From: Amoebidium appalachense
Lineage: Eukaryota; Protista; Ichthyosporea
Assembly (NCBI GenBank): GCA_963693365.1
Contig: CAVNZM010000003.1
Coordinates: 14,478,914-14,542,913 of the forward strand
Length of the DNA stretch: 64,000 bases
Direction: 5' to 3'
Under the pieces are notes generated by a model. It was not told where the DNA came from. It searched no databases and saw nothing but the letters and a program-made list of their open reading frames with translations. The position numbers and the translations under genes are program-made. Shown piece after piece: positions 23,377-38,183 of the stretch; the stretch's first letter is position 1, and the number at the start of each line of letters is the position of its first letter.

Positions 23377-26300
23377 ACAAGGATGTCGTACGTAAGTTCT
23401 TCCTTCACCTCCAGAAGAACACGGCCCTGGTCTGCTCCGACATTGAACGTCTCTGCTCCGACTACTGGATGAACAACAAGGCCTACCCGTCCTTCAATCA
23501 GCTCATCAGTGACATCCGAGGAGCTGAAATCCGTGCCGGCCTCATCGACGCAGGCACTGGTGCAACCGTCAACAACCGTCCCCTCCGTGCACTTCAGAGC
23601 AGAGTGCTTCCCCCCGGTGACCTCCGTAACCGTATCCCTCGACGTGAGCATACACCTCACCGTTCCCCGTCCCGTTCCCGTGATCCTCGTCCGTCCTCCA
23701 AGTCACCCGGCCCCCGTTCAACTTCCCCTTACCCCCGTGGTAACAGGGACAACCGTAACCGACAGCACAACACCAAGAAGGTGGAGTGTTCCTACTGCCA
23801 TGAGCCCCACCACATCACAGCATGCCCGGAGCCTGGCTGTGCTGTTGCTCGTCGTGCCAAGCAGGAGAAAGGCAACAAGAGTGTGCAATTTGCACTCATC
23901 TCCTCCACCGGCACACCCGACCGTGACGACCCCGTCTGGGACAGTGCTTGTTATGCACACATCTGCCCCATCAAGGAGTATTTCTCCTCCCTTACCCCGT
24001 GTCCCCCCGCCCCCATTCACGGCCTTGGCACCGTCAATGCCACACACCGTGGCATCATCAACCTGACACTGCACTACAACGGCCACTCAACCCCGTGCAG
24101 CATCAATGCTCTCTACGTACCCGAGTCACCGTCCTTCCTCGTGTCTGCCTCCATGGCCTCAACTGCCGGCCTCCTTGGTCACTGTGACGATGCAGACACT
24201 CACCCGTCGTTCCTCTACAGCCGTAATGGTGACATCATTACCGACCTCACTCCCCTCAACGGTCTCTACTACATCACTGACTATGTGATTGACACTCCTC
24301 AACACCCGTGGGTCCAAGCCTACACAACAAGGACTCAACCAACCGACGACCTCACCCTTTGGCACAACCGTCTTGGCCACCGTGCCCTATCCACCGTCAC
24401 CAGGATGGCCAAGGATGAGCTTGTCATCGGCATGCCCCCCTCCCTCAAGTCACCCGACCACAGTGACTGCTTCGGCTGCATGTCTGGCAAGACCACCAAG
24501 GCTCCTTTTCCCGGCACCCGTTCCCGGTTCACCATCCCCGGTGCTAAGTGGCACCTGGACTTCTTCGAAGCTCCCTGTGCTTCCTACGGAGCCTACAAGG
24601 TTGCTCTGGTGTGTGTTTGTGATGCCACCGGTTACACCACCGTGTTTCCCCTCTACAACCGTGGTGAAACCCTCAGCTACATTCAGTCTCTCGTTGAAAC
24701 CATCGAACGTCAGACACCTGAGATCGTCACCCATCTTCGGTTTGACTCCGGCTCCGAGTTCACCTCCAAGGACACCGAAGCCTACTGCAAGCAGAAAGGC
24801 ATCATCATGGAGTTTGCCCCCGTCGACACACCACAGCACAACGGTGTTGTTGAACGGAAGATGAGAGAACTGCAAGACTCTACAGTCCGTTGCTTCCTCC
24901 ATGCCGACAAGGACCAACCTCTCTCTCCCAAGTTGTGGGTTGCTGCTCTCAAGCATGCTGGCTACATCATCAACGTCACACCGTCATCTGCTGCCAACGG
25001 CAACACCCCGTTCGAGGCCTTCCACGGCTTCAAACCCGACGTCTCCCAGCTCCACGTGTTCGGCTCCCCTGCCTATGTGCATATTCCCCGATCCAAGAGG
25101 AACAAGCTTGCATCAACCGTCAGAGTCGGCACCTACGTCGGCTGGGATCTGCCCTCCAAGGCACACAAGATCCTCGACCATGCCAGCAACCAAGTCAAGA
25201 TCTGCCGTGACGTCATCTTCGACGAGTCAAAATTCACGAGCAGCACCAATCAGGTCCCCGATCCCCCCAAACCCGATCTGCCGACATTGGACCCCCCCTC
25301 CGACGACGACGATGAAACTCCGTCTGTGGTCATCTCCCAACCCTCCTGGCACAACCAACCAGCCCCGGTTGAACCCGTGCCTCCCCCGAGCCCCCCCCCG
25401 CCACTGGCCAACAACCCTTGCTGCCGGCCCCCCCCGTTGCTATGCATCAACCCGGCTACATGACTCCGGTTCCTCCTGGGTCCCCCACCTTCCACTCGGC
25501 CTCGAGCAGCCCTGTGGACACCGATGCCCCCCTCACCACCGGTCCTATTCCTGGCTTCCATGCCCCTGTCCCGGCCTACAACACCTCCCCGGCCTCCACC
25601 CCCCTCAAGGACCCCCCCAAGCCCAACCTTCGTCGGTCTGCACGTCTCACCAAGCCTCCAACGGCACTGGTCAGCATCACAGCACCGACCATCAACATTG
25701 ACCAACTCCCCAAGGGCATTCAAAAGCTTTGCAACGGTCCCAACGGTGATGCCGTCATAGTTGCCCTCACCTCCGAGTACCAAGCCTTCATCACCAAGGA
25801 TGTCTTCACCATCGTTGAACCCCCCCCTGATGCCAACATCATCAAGTTCAAGTGGATTGTGACTGAGAAAGTCCTCAACTCAGCCGGTGACACCAAGATC
25901 AAGGCTCGTGGTGTTGCAAAGGGCTTCACTCAAGTCTACGGTGTTGACTACGGTGACACCTCTTCCCCCGTGGTGATGTCCTCCTCCGTCCGTGCCCTCC
26001 TTGCCATCGGTGTGGACGGCAACCATGAGATTCATCAACTCGACGTCTCAACGGCCTTCCTCAACAGTCCTCTTCAAGAAGACATCTACATTGAGCCACC
26101 ACCTGGCTTCATCACCCCCGGCAACGAGCACAAGGTCTGGAAACTCAAGAAGGCACTCTACGGCCTCAAGCAAGCATCACTGGCCTGGTATGAGTACTTC
26201 GACAAGGTCCTCCTTGCTCACGGTCTCGAACGTCTCCGTTCAGATCCATGTGTCTACATCAAGACCTTCCCCAACGGTGACATCATCCTCACTGGCAACT

Positions 26301-27268
26301 ATGTGGACGACGTCATCATCATCTGCACGGCCAACTCTTCCCACACCAAGGATCTAGTAGACCACATCATGAAGTCAGCTCTCTGCAAGGTCGACCTCCC
26401 CGACATCTTCCTCGGCACCCAGCTCATCCACACCCCCGGTCACCTCAAGCTGCTTCAACAGTCCTACATCAACGACATCGTCAGAGACTTCAACCTCAAC
26501 GATGCCCACCCCAAGGCTACCCCCATTCCCGTCGGCACCGTCATCACCATCAACGAGAACGACTCACCACCCATCAAGGTTCCATACCGTGAACTACTCG
26601 GCCGTCTTTTGTGGGTTGCTCGTTGTTCCCGGCCCGACATCTCCTTTGCCATCGGCTACCTCGGTAGATTCAGTGCCAACCCCACCAAACTTGCATGGGA
26701 ATGTCTGCTCCGTGTAGTTCGGTACCTCATCGGCACTTCCAACCTCGGCCTTCACTACGACAAGTCTGCATCCGACGACAACACACCCTTGCTGGAGTGT
26801 TATTCTGATGCCGACTTTGCCAACCGTGACTGCCCCAACACCCGTCGTTCAACCACCGGATACGTCATCTTCTTCAAGGGCATCCCCATCACATGGTATT
26901 CGAAGCTGCAGTCCATCACGGCAACATCCACCACCGAGGCTGAGCTTCTGGCCATCAATGCTGCTGTTCAAAACGTCATCTGGCACCGTGATCTCCTCCG
27001 TGAACTCGGCTACCCGATGACCGACCCCACCCCCGTCTACTGTGACAACCAGTCCACCATTGCCCTCCTGCACACCAACAGCATCAAGCACCGGACCAAA
27101 CACATTGCTGTCCGGTACCACAACACGAAGGACTACATCAAGAGTGGGGACTCGGATGTGGTCGTCACCTTAGTGTCCACCAAAGACAACGTGGCCGACA
27201 TCTTCACCAAGCCCCTGCCCGGGCCCTCCCACGAGCAGCACCGTGCTTCACTCAGTCTTCGTGACTGA
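23377..27268 (+). pseudogene. Copia-A gag-pol remainder (frameshift in C-runs near 25390-25435)
   Basis: CSYCHEPHHITAC knuckle; WDSA protease; WHNRLGH; FDSGSEF, NGVVER; LYGLKQA, YVDD; YSDADFA, TKHIAVRYH; clearly related to Copia-C. Confidence 0.94.
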
Positions 27269-27269
27269 G

Positions 27270-27305
<36 letters not shown>

Positions 27306-27995
27306 TCATCTACAGTGGTCTTCAAGTAGGTTGGGGCCCCGGCCAGTGGTCTACACATCACCGTGTAGAGACACCTCCCAACGAAAGTCTACTGCTGTCT
27401 TCATCGATCTTCAGTGTGTGCATCTTCAGTGGGGACTTCTTCTCCACCATCCGTCGTTTATTTATATACCATCATATATATTGGTTTTCTTTTATATTCG
27501 ACTTATATATCTGTCGAACTGGGATGGCGTCTCAGTATAAATAATTATCTATAGCCAATGCGTGCTGGTTGACTGCCAGTCTAAACCTAGTCCTCGGGGT
27601 GCTCATTCCCCGTGTCTTAACTGGTTGACCACCAGTCAGGCTATAAATCAGTCCACAAGATGTTCATGCCTTGTGTTTACCTGGGTGGTCCCCAGTATAA
27701 ATCATTAGCCACCAACACATCACACATACACTAGTTGTTTTCTTCTATATATATTTATATATCGTCGTTGGCTACCGTCATGTTCCGAGTCTCCAGAGGC
27801 AACCGTCGTTGTGTGCTTCTTCCGTTTTGGTTTTCTTCCCCGGCTTGCAACTTCAAGTCTTCTCCATTGTCTTCTCGAGTGGGGAAACTTGACTGTGATT
27901 TCACGGCACCTGCTTCTACAAGTGTGAGAGTATTGACATCAACAGTCACATCAACAAACTTCACGAGAACCCAACTTCCAACCCTTGAGTGGGGA

Positions 27996-28745
27996 TGTCA
28001 TCTTCCCATGATTCATAACAAGACTTAGAAGTTGAGTTTTGTATTTGTTTATTAGTTTGTTGTAGTTTGTTTCCTTTTCCCTTTCCCTTTCTTCCTTTCT
28101 TTCTTTCTTTCCTTTCTGTTTCCGTGTACACAGATATCTTAGATCTCTGTACACATCGAGATATTTAGCTCGCGCACACGTATTGTCGTTTGTGTCAATA
28201 TCTAAATATGTCATCCAATCAGATCTCGATTGTATTTTCCCAAATATAGTAACTTACATTCCTTTCCCATTCCTTTCCCACAACGTAGCATTGTGCTATG
28301 TTCTCCGACTATTAGGAATAATTATATTTAGACGTGTTATGATAAGAACATGTATAAATGTATGATGTGAACTAATAGTTACATAAGTGGTTTCATTTTG
28401 TTAAATGTCTCCGTGCTTTTATTAGAAGTTTCTTTTATTAGAGGATTGCATTTTATCTTTTATGTGTCGACAGACATTTCGATCGATATATTTTGCACTC
28501 ATAGTTTTCGTCTTTCTGATTGGAAAAAAGAGTTTTCGTTCTTTTGATTGGTTTATCGATTTCACATTCCCAAGTATAAAAGGGACTTCATCTTGGAATA
28601 AATATCAAGCAGTCGTATTCATTTCCTATGGTTCCAGAAATCGTTCCACCTCTCCGGTTGTGTTTCTTCCGTGTGTCTCTGTGTTGTGTATAACATAACA
28701 CCCATCTGTGCTCTCTGCTTCTCCGTTTACCCACACAAGATAACA
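27996..28745 (+). repeat. Copia-A 3' LTR
   Basis: Direct repeat of the 5' LTR without the TRIM; followed by TSD TATAC. Confidence 0.95.
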
Positions 28746-29519
28746 TATACCGTGTTTCTATGGCGGTTTGCGCATATCTCATCGATCGCATGCATGTCAG
28801 CTGGCATGCATTGATAGTGTTTGTGGCGTGTGTCATAGTGTGCATGTGCATCCACACACAACTAGCGTGTATACTTTATTCTTGGAATATTAGCTCTCCG
28901 TCCAAGCACCCGCAATGTTCAAGATATGGGCCGTCATAATCTCTATTAAATACTGATATATGTATATCCGAAAAATCATTACATGATCATTCTGTTACAC
29001 CATACCGATGTTTTCCTTTCTTTACTAGTATTAACACTATAATATAAAAGTGATGATTAGAACCACTCTTTAAAAGCATACCACACCAGTCAACCTGTTT
29101 TGTTATGTACATAGATTATCCACTTTATATCAGTATATCCACCATATATCAACACCGATCAACCTATCAATACACAATCACTCAAATGTATACCTACATA
29201 CGGTTTATCCACATTGGTCGATCCTGTTCTGTTACACCATACATGAATATCTACATATGTATAAGTATATCTACACCCACACCCTGCTACAACATGGCCA
29301 CGCATATCTATCCACTGTATATCCACACCACTTCACGTGGTCTGTTATATCACACAGTTACTATCTCAAATGCAAATACCCATCGACATAGACTCATATA
29401 TGGTACATTACCCCAGAGCCGCCACGGATCAAATCCAAAAACGTGATATCCAAACAAGCCCAGCCATGCCAACTCCGTGCCGGTGAGTTTGGGCCAGGCG
29501 GCAAGCGGGCTGTGAGAGG

Positions 29520-31700
<2,181 letters not shown>

Positions 31701-32517
31701 CGTTAAGAGACTGATGTAGTACTGATGATACGACAAAAAAAAAGAAAAGATAAAGAATGAAACCATTGCTGCATCTTCCCAGTACAATCCCCCCTCTCCC
31801 CCCCCCCCCCTCCCCCTCTTACGGTACAACCTATCGTACTGCTTCCCTGCCCAATAGGTCCCTAGTGCCACTTGCCATTGAGATCTACGCAATTTACTCA
31901 TGTATGGCTAACCATTTAGCAATTGTAGGACCCCCGTAGTTAGGCTCATACGTCATAATTTATTAGGGGATCGTTGCAATTTTATTAGCCTTACTGTAGA
32001 TTCTAGTTTTTGGTATATCTCGTTGAATATCCGGTAAATCTATCTCAGCGACTATCTTGTTGGGTCTACAGCAACTGTACTAAATATCCAATCTTAGCCC
32101 TGTCCAAAGCCCCCGATCGAAATAAATCCATTTAAAAAAAAAAAAAAAAAAAAAAAGGCGAGATTTTGGAACTTCAATTGAACTTTTCTTCCAATTCACA
32201 CTTATCTCTAAAATGCGAGCACGGCTCGCTATATTAGTGTAGCCAAACTATACAACGTGTGGGCCAAACATTGCCAGTCGTGCCATGGAAGGCTGAGTGT
32301 TTGATATTTGTGTGTGATTATACATATGAGCGATATTATTCCACACGCATGGCCCAAATACACCTTCATTACTTTGAACACTGGATTGTTAAGGGTGTGT
32401 TAGCTTAGCTAATAACACCGTAGCACCCTATATTAGCTAGAGTACTGTCGGTGCTGGGTGGAAGACGGTAGTTGCCCGTGAGGGCCCCAAGGGGTCCCTC
32501 CGGGAACAAAACGGGAA

Positions 32518-32568
<51 letters not shown>

Positions 32569-32839
32569 TTAAACAACACTACTACGAGTGATTTGCACAA
32601 AAGGGCAAATTAGCTCTCGAAAAAGGCCTTTTTTCTCACTTTATCATTTTCCGCTCAGGGCAAAAAATAATACACTTAAGTTACTTTAAAAAAGACGCCG
32701 TGGTTTTGAGGCCAGTCGGCTTCTGCACCCAATCTTGCCAGTTTGTGGCCCTGGTGGGGGAAGGAATGGGGGTCAAAGTGCAAGTTTTTCCCGTTTTTCT
32801 TTTTGTGCAACACGTGACGTGCGTGGGTGGGGGATGCAC

Positions 32840-32885
<46 letters not shown>

Positions 32886-33535
32886 TTCCGTCTCTTGCCC
32901 CCTATTTTCAACGGTTCTTTTCTTTTCTTCAGTATTTTCTATTCTTTTCTTTTCTTAACTTTTTTTTTTTGAGGGGGTTTGTTCCTGTGTCTGCGGGGGT
33001 GTTCTAGGGGTGGGAGGGGGGGAGGGGGGGGGAGAGGGGGGATGGGGGGGGGAGAGGGGGGGGGGGGAGTAAGGGGTGAGGGGAGGGGGGGAAAGACGGG
33101 CCGGGGGTGGAGGGGGGTGGGGGAAGGAGGGGGGTGGACTTCCGACAATACAATGAGTTCTTACTGTGGGGCCGGGGGCCACGTTCTGATGGGGAAGGAG
33201 GTGCATGCCACATCAATATACATCAGCACTTTCTCCCCCGTGAGTGGACAGGGGGAGAGGGGAGGGTGGGGAGGGTGGGAGGGGGGAGGGAGAAGGGGGG
33301 AAGGGGAAGGAGGGGGGGGGGGAGGAGGGGGGGGATGGGGAGGATATCATGAGTCAACTGTCTCAATACATAATAAATGATTTTTCAAATTTTAGATGCG
33401 CCTACAGTTTTAATGACTTATGACATATTAATAGTGTGCAATAATGTACCACGTGTCACACAGTGTTTGTGTGAGTGCGTGTGTGTGTCTTTGCACCATA
33501 TACAGTCACGTGGCGCCTTCCTGTGTAACTGTTAC

Positions 33536-33570
<35 letters not shown>

Positions 33571-33617
33571 ATTGTTTTCACACGGTATTTGTGTTTCTCT
33601 GGTCTGCATGTGCTGTG

Positions 33618-33678
<61 letters not shown>

Positions 33679-33722
33679 TGCGCGCGTGTGTGTTTGTGTA
33701 TCATATTGTGTGTGTGTGTTTG

Positions 33723-33770
<48 letters not shown>

Positions 33771-34062
33771 TTTGTGTGTTTTTGTGTGTGAATATGTGTA
33801 CACTTGCAGTGTGTGGACGTGTGTGCATGACATGTATGTTTGTGTGTGGCACGGGTGTATGTGTGTGCATGCGTGCGTGCCTGCACGTGTGGTGGATCCA
33901 CGGTGGTGGTGGTGGTGGTGGACGTAGGTGTATCAAATTGTGCGTCCGTATGTGTGTGGGGGTCACGGGGGCCATTGTACACGTGTGTGTGTGTGGGGTG
34001 TGTGTGTGTGTGTCTGTGTGTGTGCACGTGTGTGGGTTTTGGCGAGGGGGGGGGTGGGGGGT

Positions 34063-34093
<31 letters not shown>

Positions 34094-34095
34094 GG
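32840..34095. repeat. Low-complexity block: poly-G and (GT)n/(GCGT)n
   Basis: Directly visible. Confidence 0.9.
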
Positions 34096-34620
34096 TGAAG
34101 GCCGGGAGTATGATCATATGGGTGGGCTCGGTCACGATGTGGATACTAATTTTATTTCTACGGTGGCAATGTGCGTGTGTTTGAGTCGTATATGACACTG
34201 TGGTCTCTTCTGCTGCTATGCTCCATTTGTGTGTCGCCAATATTATATGCGTGCGTGCCGTGACTCACGTGGCAAAAGTTTTACTTTCGCGCCGGCATCG
34301 GATGTCGGCAAGCAATGAGATCTATTAGTTTGTGAGCTTCATCTTATTTGCATGTAAGCATAGCTATGTATGTAGATTATAAATTTCATGATGCTTTTTA
34401 CCTCTTCAATGATTATGTAATAATATTCTGTTACATTTTCACTTGTATGCAAATCTGTGCAAATTGCCAAACGATCTGCCCAAGCAGCCCAACGGGCTCA
34501 CAAGTGGTCTGCAACCAATAGGAATGGATCTTTGGTTTGTTTATACATGCGCGCCATTTGATTGAATGTTTCAGCTCCACCAATCAATTGCGACCTGAAG
34601 ATCTAACTGTTAGATTCTAA

Positions 34621-34921
34621 GGATCCCCCAACACTCATATGTGTGGGGCGAGTCGAATGTGTGTAACAGCGGATTTCCGATTTTCCAGTTTCGAGAATTA
34701 GGCCACGTAAAATTCCGTTACAGACATAGGACTGCATGTGGTCCTACATATAGAAAAATCAATGAATATACTTTAGAAGGGTATTCTGGTATAGCGGAGC
34801 TCCATTTTCCGTAGTTACCAGTTACATACTGTTACACACATATGGAAATGGGGTCTCAAATTCCCGGGAGCATGGTTACAAAATTACGACTCGCCCCACA
34901 GTAGGAAGTTTTGGGGTATCC
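34621..34921. mobile_element. MITE-like non-autonomous DNA transposon
   Basis: Imperfect TIRs GGAT(C/A)CCCCAA...TGTGGGGCGAGTCG...TGTAAC at both ends; flanking direct repeat ATTCTAA at 34614-34620 and 34922-34928. Confidence 0.8.
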
Positions 34922-35923
34922 ATTCTAACGATGGCGATATCATCCACATACTATGACGTGGGCAACACAAAATTAGTATTCCCATTTACTGTACAGGTTA
35001 ATTCGTTTTCCTTTATCAAAGATTTCATTATCTTCAAGAAACTTTTGATCGTTTTTGTTTGTTTGTTCCGGAGCCCGGAGCTCCGGACCCTGATTCTCTG
35101 TCGAAAAGTTCGTAGCCTCTCACGCACGGATCGCGACCACGCCCAGTGCCATGTTGATGATCCATATTCAAGATCATCCTCATCACGATCCCTTAGATCA
35201 GCATCAACTCATGTTTCCAAGCTTCTTTGCAGTGAACCGAACCGCTTTGCCGAGTGAAAAGACTGAAAAATTATAATTAAAAAAAAACAGAATTTTCATA
35301 ACGTCTAGTGTAATGCATCTTGCGTAACGGAAGAAATTCATTTAAGTTCAAGCAATCCGATACCGGGCTGGCCACGTCCTGTTCCAATCTTATAAGTGGT
35401 CCACGAACCTCTTTCAACCAATAGGGAAAAAGCGCGGCAGGGTAACTCTATTAAACCAATCAAAACCATTCAGCACTTTGGACCATTTTTTCCCTCCAAA
35501 ATAACCAACCAAATTCATCATTTAGCATTATAATGGCTTTAAACACGATTTTAAACGTTTGTAAGTTTCAAATCACATGTTGTGGAGCACACACGTCGAG
35601 ATCTACGGGATGGGTGAGCCGTTGAAAAGGCGCCTTCAGTCTTCATTCTGCTGACAGTTCAAAAAACTCTTCTCGGCCGGGCTGGCGGCTTCTGGCCACA
35701 GCAAGCGGATAGGGAGTAGAAAAAATCACGACTCAGCAAATTTTTCTGAGACATCACATCTTAAATAACTGATGTATCATTTCTTTTTCTCCCAACCCCC
35801 AAAATACCTTAACACACCAGCAGGATTACGTGTGGGCTGTTCTGTTTTCTTGGCCTTAATTGTTCTTTCTAGATCTTGATCAATGACACTTCGACCTGCC
35901 GCAACGTCATCCTACCCATAAAC

Positions 35924-36565
35924 ATGCAGAACACCACGAATCCCTCCAAGATGCACACCCCAAAGCCCAAGCCAAGTCCCATATATGGCAGCGATGGCCA
36001 TATTTGGAAGCACCTCTCCCTCGTTGGCGGTGGCAGCTACGAAGGTGGTGTGCGCCCAGAGGATGGGAAAACTTTTCAAGGATGGGGCCTCCTTGTAACT
36101 TCCACACACGTTTACGCTGGGGAATGGGCGAACGGGCTTCCCTCAGGTGTAGGGGTTTTTATTGAACGTTTTCGTGGTTGCCGCTATGAGGGGGAGTTTA
36201 GAGAGGGAAGGGCCAGTGGACACGGACGCCTTGTTTTTGAATTTCTGAACGATGAGATAGGATCTGACGTCGTTGACACACACTACGTCTATGGGAGATT
36301 CTCCTACGGAAAGTTTGTACCCCCCGGAATTTTCGCGTTGAGAAACAGAGAGAGGGCGGCAAAAGCAGCAGCGGCAGCACGGAGTTTGGCCAGTGAAGTC
36401 ACATGTTTGAGCCCCAAGAAATTTCGGGCGGCTCCTTTGACCCCCCCGAGAGCGAGTCCTTGGGTTACTGCGCGTCCGATTATGTCACGTCAGCCGATGA
36501 TCAGAGCGAATGAATGGGTTGTGGAGACGGCAGAGCACGTTCCACCTCTGTTGCGTGCGTTTTGA
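35924..36565 (+). CDS. MORN-repeat-containing protein
   Basis: YEGG..FQGWG, YAGEWANGLPSGVG, YEGEFREGRASGHG fit the MORN consensus YxGxWxxGxxxGxG; an acceptor-like TTCTTTCTAG at 35863-35872 means an upstream exon is possible. Confidence 0.75.
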   Translation: MQNTTNPSKMHTPKPKPSPIYGSDGHIWKHLSLVGGGSYEGGVRPEDGKTFQGWGLLVTSTHVYAGEWANGLPSGVGVFIERFRGCRYEGEFREGRASGHGRLVFEFLNDEIGSDVVDTHYVYGRFSYGKFVPPGIFALRNRERAAKAAAAARSLASEVTCLSPKKFRAAPLTPPRASPWVTARPIMSRQPMIRANEWVVETAEHVPPLLRAF

Positions 36566-38139
36566 ATGATGTCTTTTTCTGCATCAGGGCTGTGTTGAAG
36601 AAGAAAATCCCCGAAAATTTTGTTAATATGCGAGTAAACAAGAGTAATAGCCTTTTATAGGAAACCAAGCAAACGAAACGATTCAAATGCTGTACATAAA
36701 TGTTAAGTACTTGTTAGAAAGATGCTTGTCATATGCAAAAGCTTAATCTCTTTACACGCAAAAACAGTCTCTTCTTGTGGGGGAGTAGATGGTGCCGCTA
36801 CATGGCTTCAACCTCCCCATCATAGTGCAAGATGGTATGTAATAGAGTTTAACATACATGTTTTTATGGAACTGTTGGAAACCTTTTTTGTTTGTTTTTA
36901 AGGAGCGGAAATGTATATATTGCTTATCTTGTAGCGTGTACAGCAGCATTATGTAGATATTTCGGTTATGAACCCAATCTTTTTTTCTCTTCGCCCGAAT
37001 TGTTTGGAAAGAGAGAATGAAAAGTGTGAATAAAACCTTGTGAATTTTTTCTGTTTTACTATGGGTAAAAAAAAACTGAAATTTTTTTTGTCAAAGCATA
37101 CCTCAACGCGTTTCTGTGACCCCCCCCCCACCCCCCCCTCCCCTTCTCCTCCCTCCCCTTCCCCCCCCCCCCCCCCCTCCCCCTCTTCCATGTTTCCTAC
37201 CTGTCCCCCCCTCCCCTCCCCTTCCCCTCCCAGCCCACTGGTTTGTGTCGCTCTCCGCACATTTCACACACACACACACACACACTGTGATGTCACGCAC
37301 ACACACACACAGACATGTCATTGAGAGCGGCGAAGAGGCATCCGCATATGCACACACACACACACACATCCTTACCGCATAGATCTCTTGCCCTTGCTGA
37401 CCGTTTACACGTACTATCCCGGGCCTTGTGCACATGAATCATCATATATGGGGCTAGCTAGGGGAGGGACTATGTAATATGCATCGATTATTCTCCAGTC
37501 CCGGCCCTGTGAATGATTATAATGATGGGAAGACGGTAAATGACTGATCGGTATGATTGGCAGACTGGACTCCATCATACCCAATTTGGAAACTATTTTC
37601 AAATAGTCCTGGTTGATTGGCTGTTTGATCTGGGGGCAAGGTTGGGTGTCGGTGTGTGTGGGGAAGGAGGTGGGGGGGGGGGGGGTGGGGGCGGGCTTGC
37701 GTTAGTAATTATTATATTTACCAACCTATTTTATCATTGTGTTAGTCGAAATAGGCTCAGTATGTAGCCTCAAGCAACAGAATCCGGTTTAGGCTTTGGC
37801 TTGTGTATATGCGGCGGATAAATGACTCTGTTCATGATACGGTAATGAGTCATTTTGATTGGCTCAGGGGGCCACTGCATCAGATGAGCCAATCACGAAC
37901 CACCAGGTGCGGTCATACTCTTTCTTCTCCCCATTCTTGATTTTGAAACGGTGAGGGGGGTTAGCAGTAACTTTTGGGGCGTGAGAGACGACCCCCCCCC
38001 CCCCCCCCCCCCCCCCTCTCCCCACCCCAGGGCCCCCCCTGGCTCCCCCCCCCCCCTCCCCCCCCTCCCCCCCCTCCCCCTGGAAGCCCCCCGGAAGGGA
38101 GAGGGGGGCCCACCAACCCCTCCGGTTACACACCCGCGG

Positions 38140-38183
<44 letters not shown>

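Larger units (their letters stand above)
6424..28745 (+). mobile_element. Copia-A full-length LTR retrotransposon (outermost element of the nest)
   Basis: LTRs 6424-7709 and 27996-28745 (TGTCATC...GATAACA); TSD TATAC at 6419-6423 and 28746-28750; PBS at 7710; PPT GAGTGGGGA before 27996. Confidence 0.96.
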
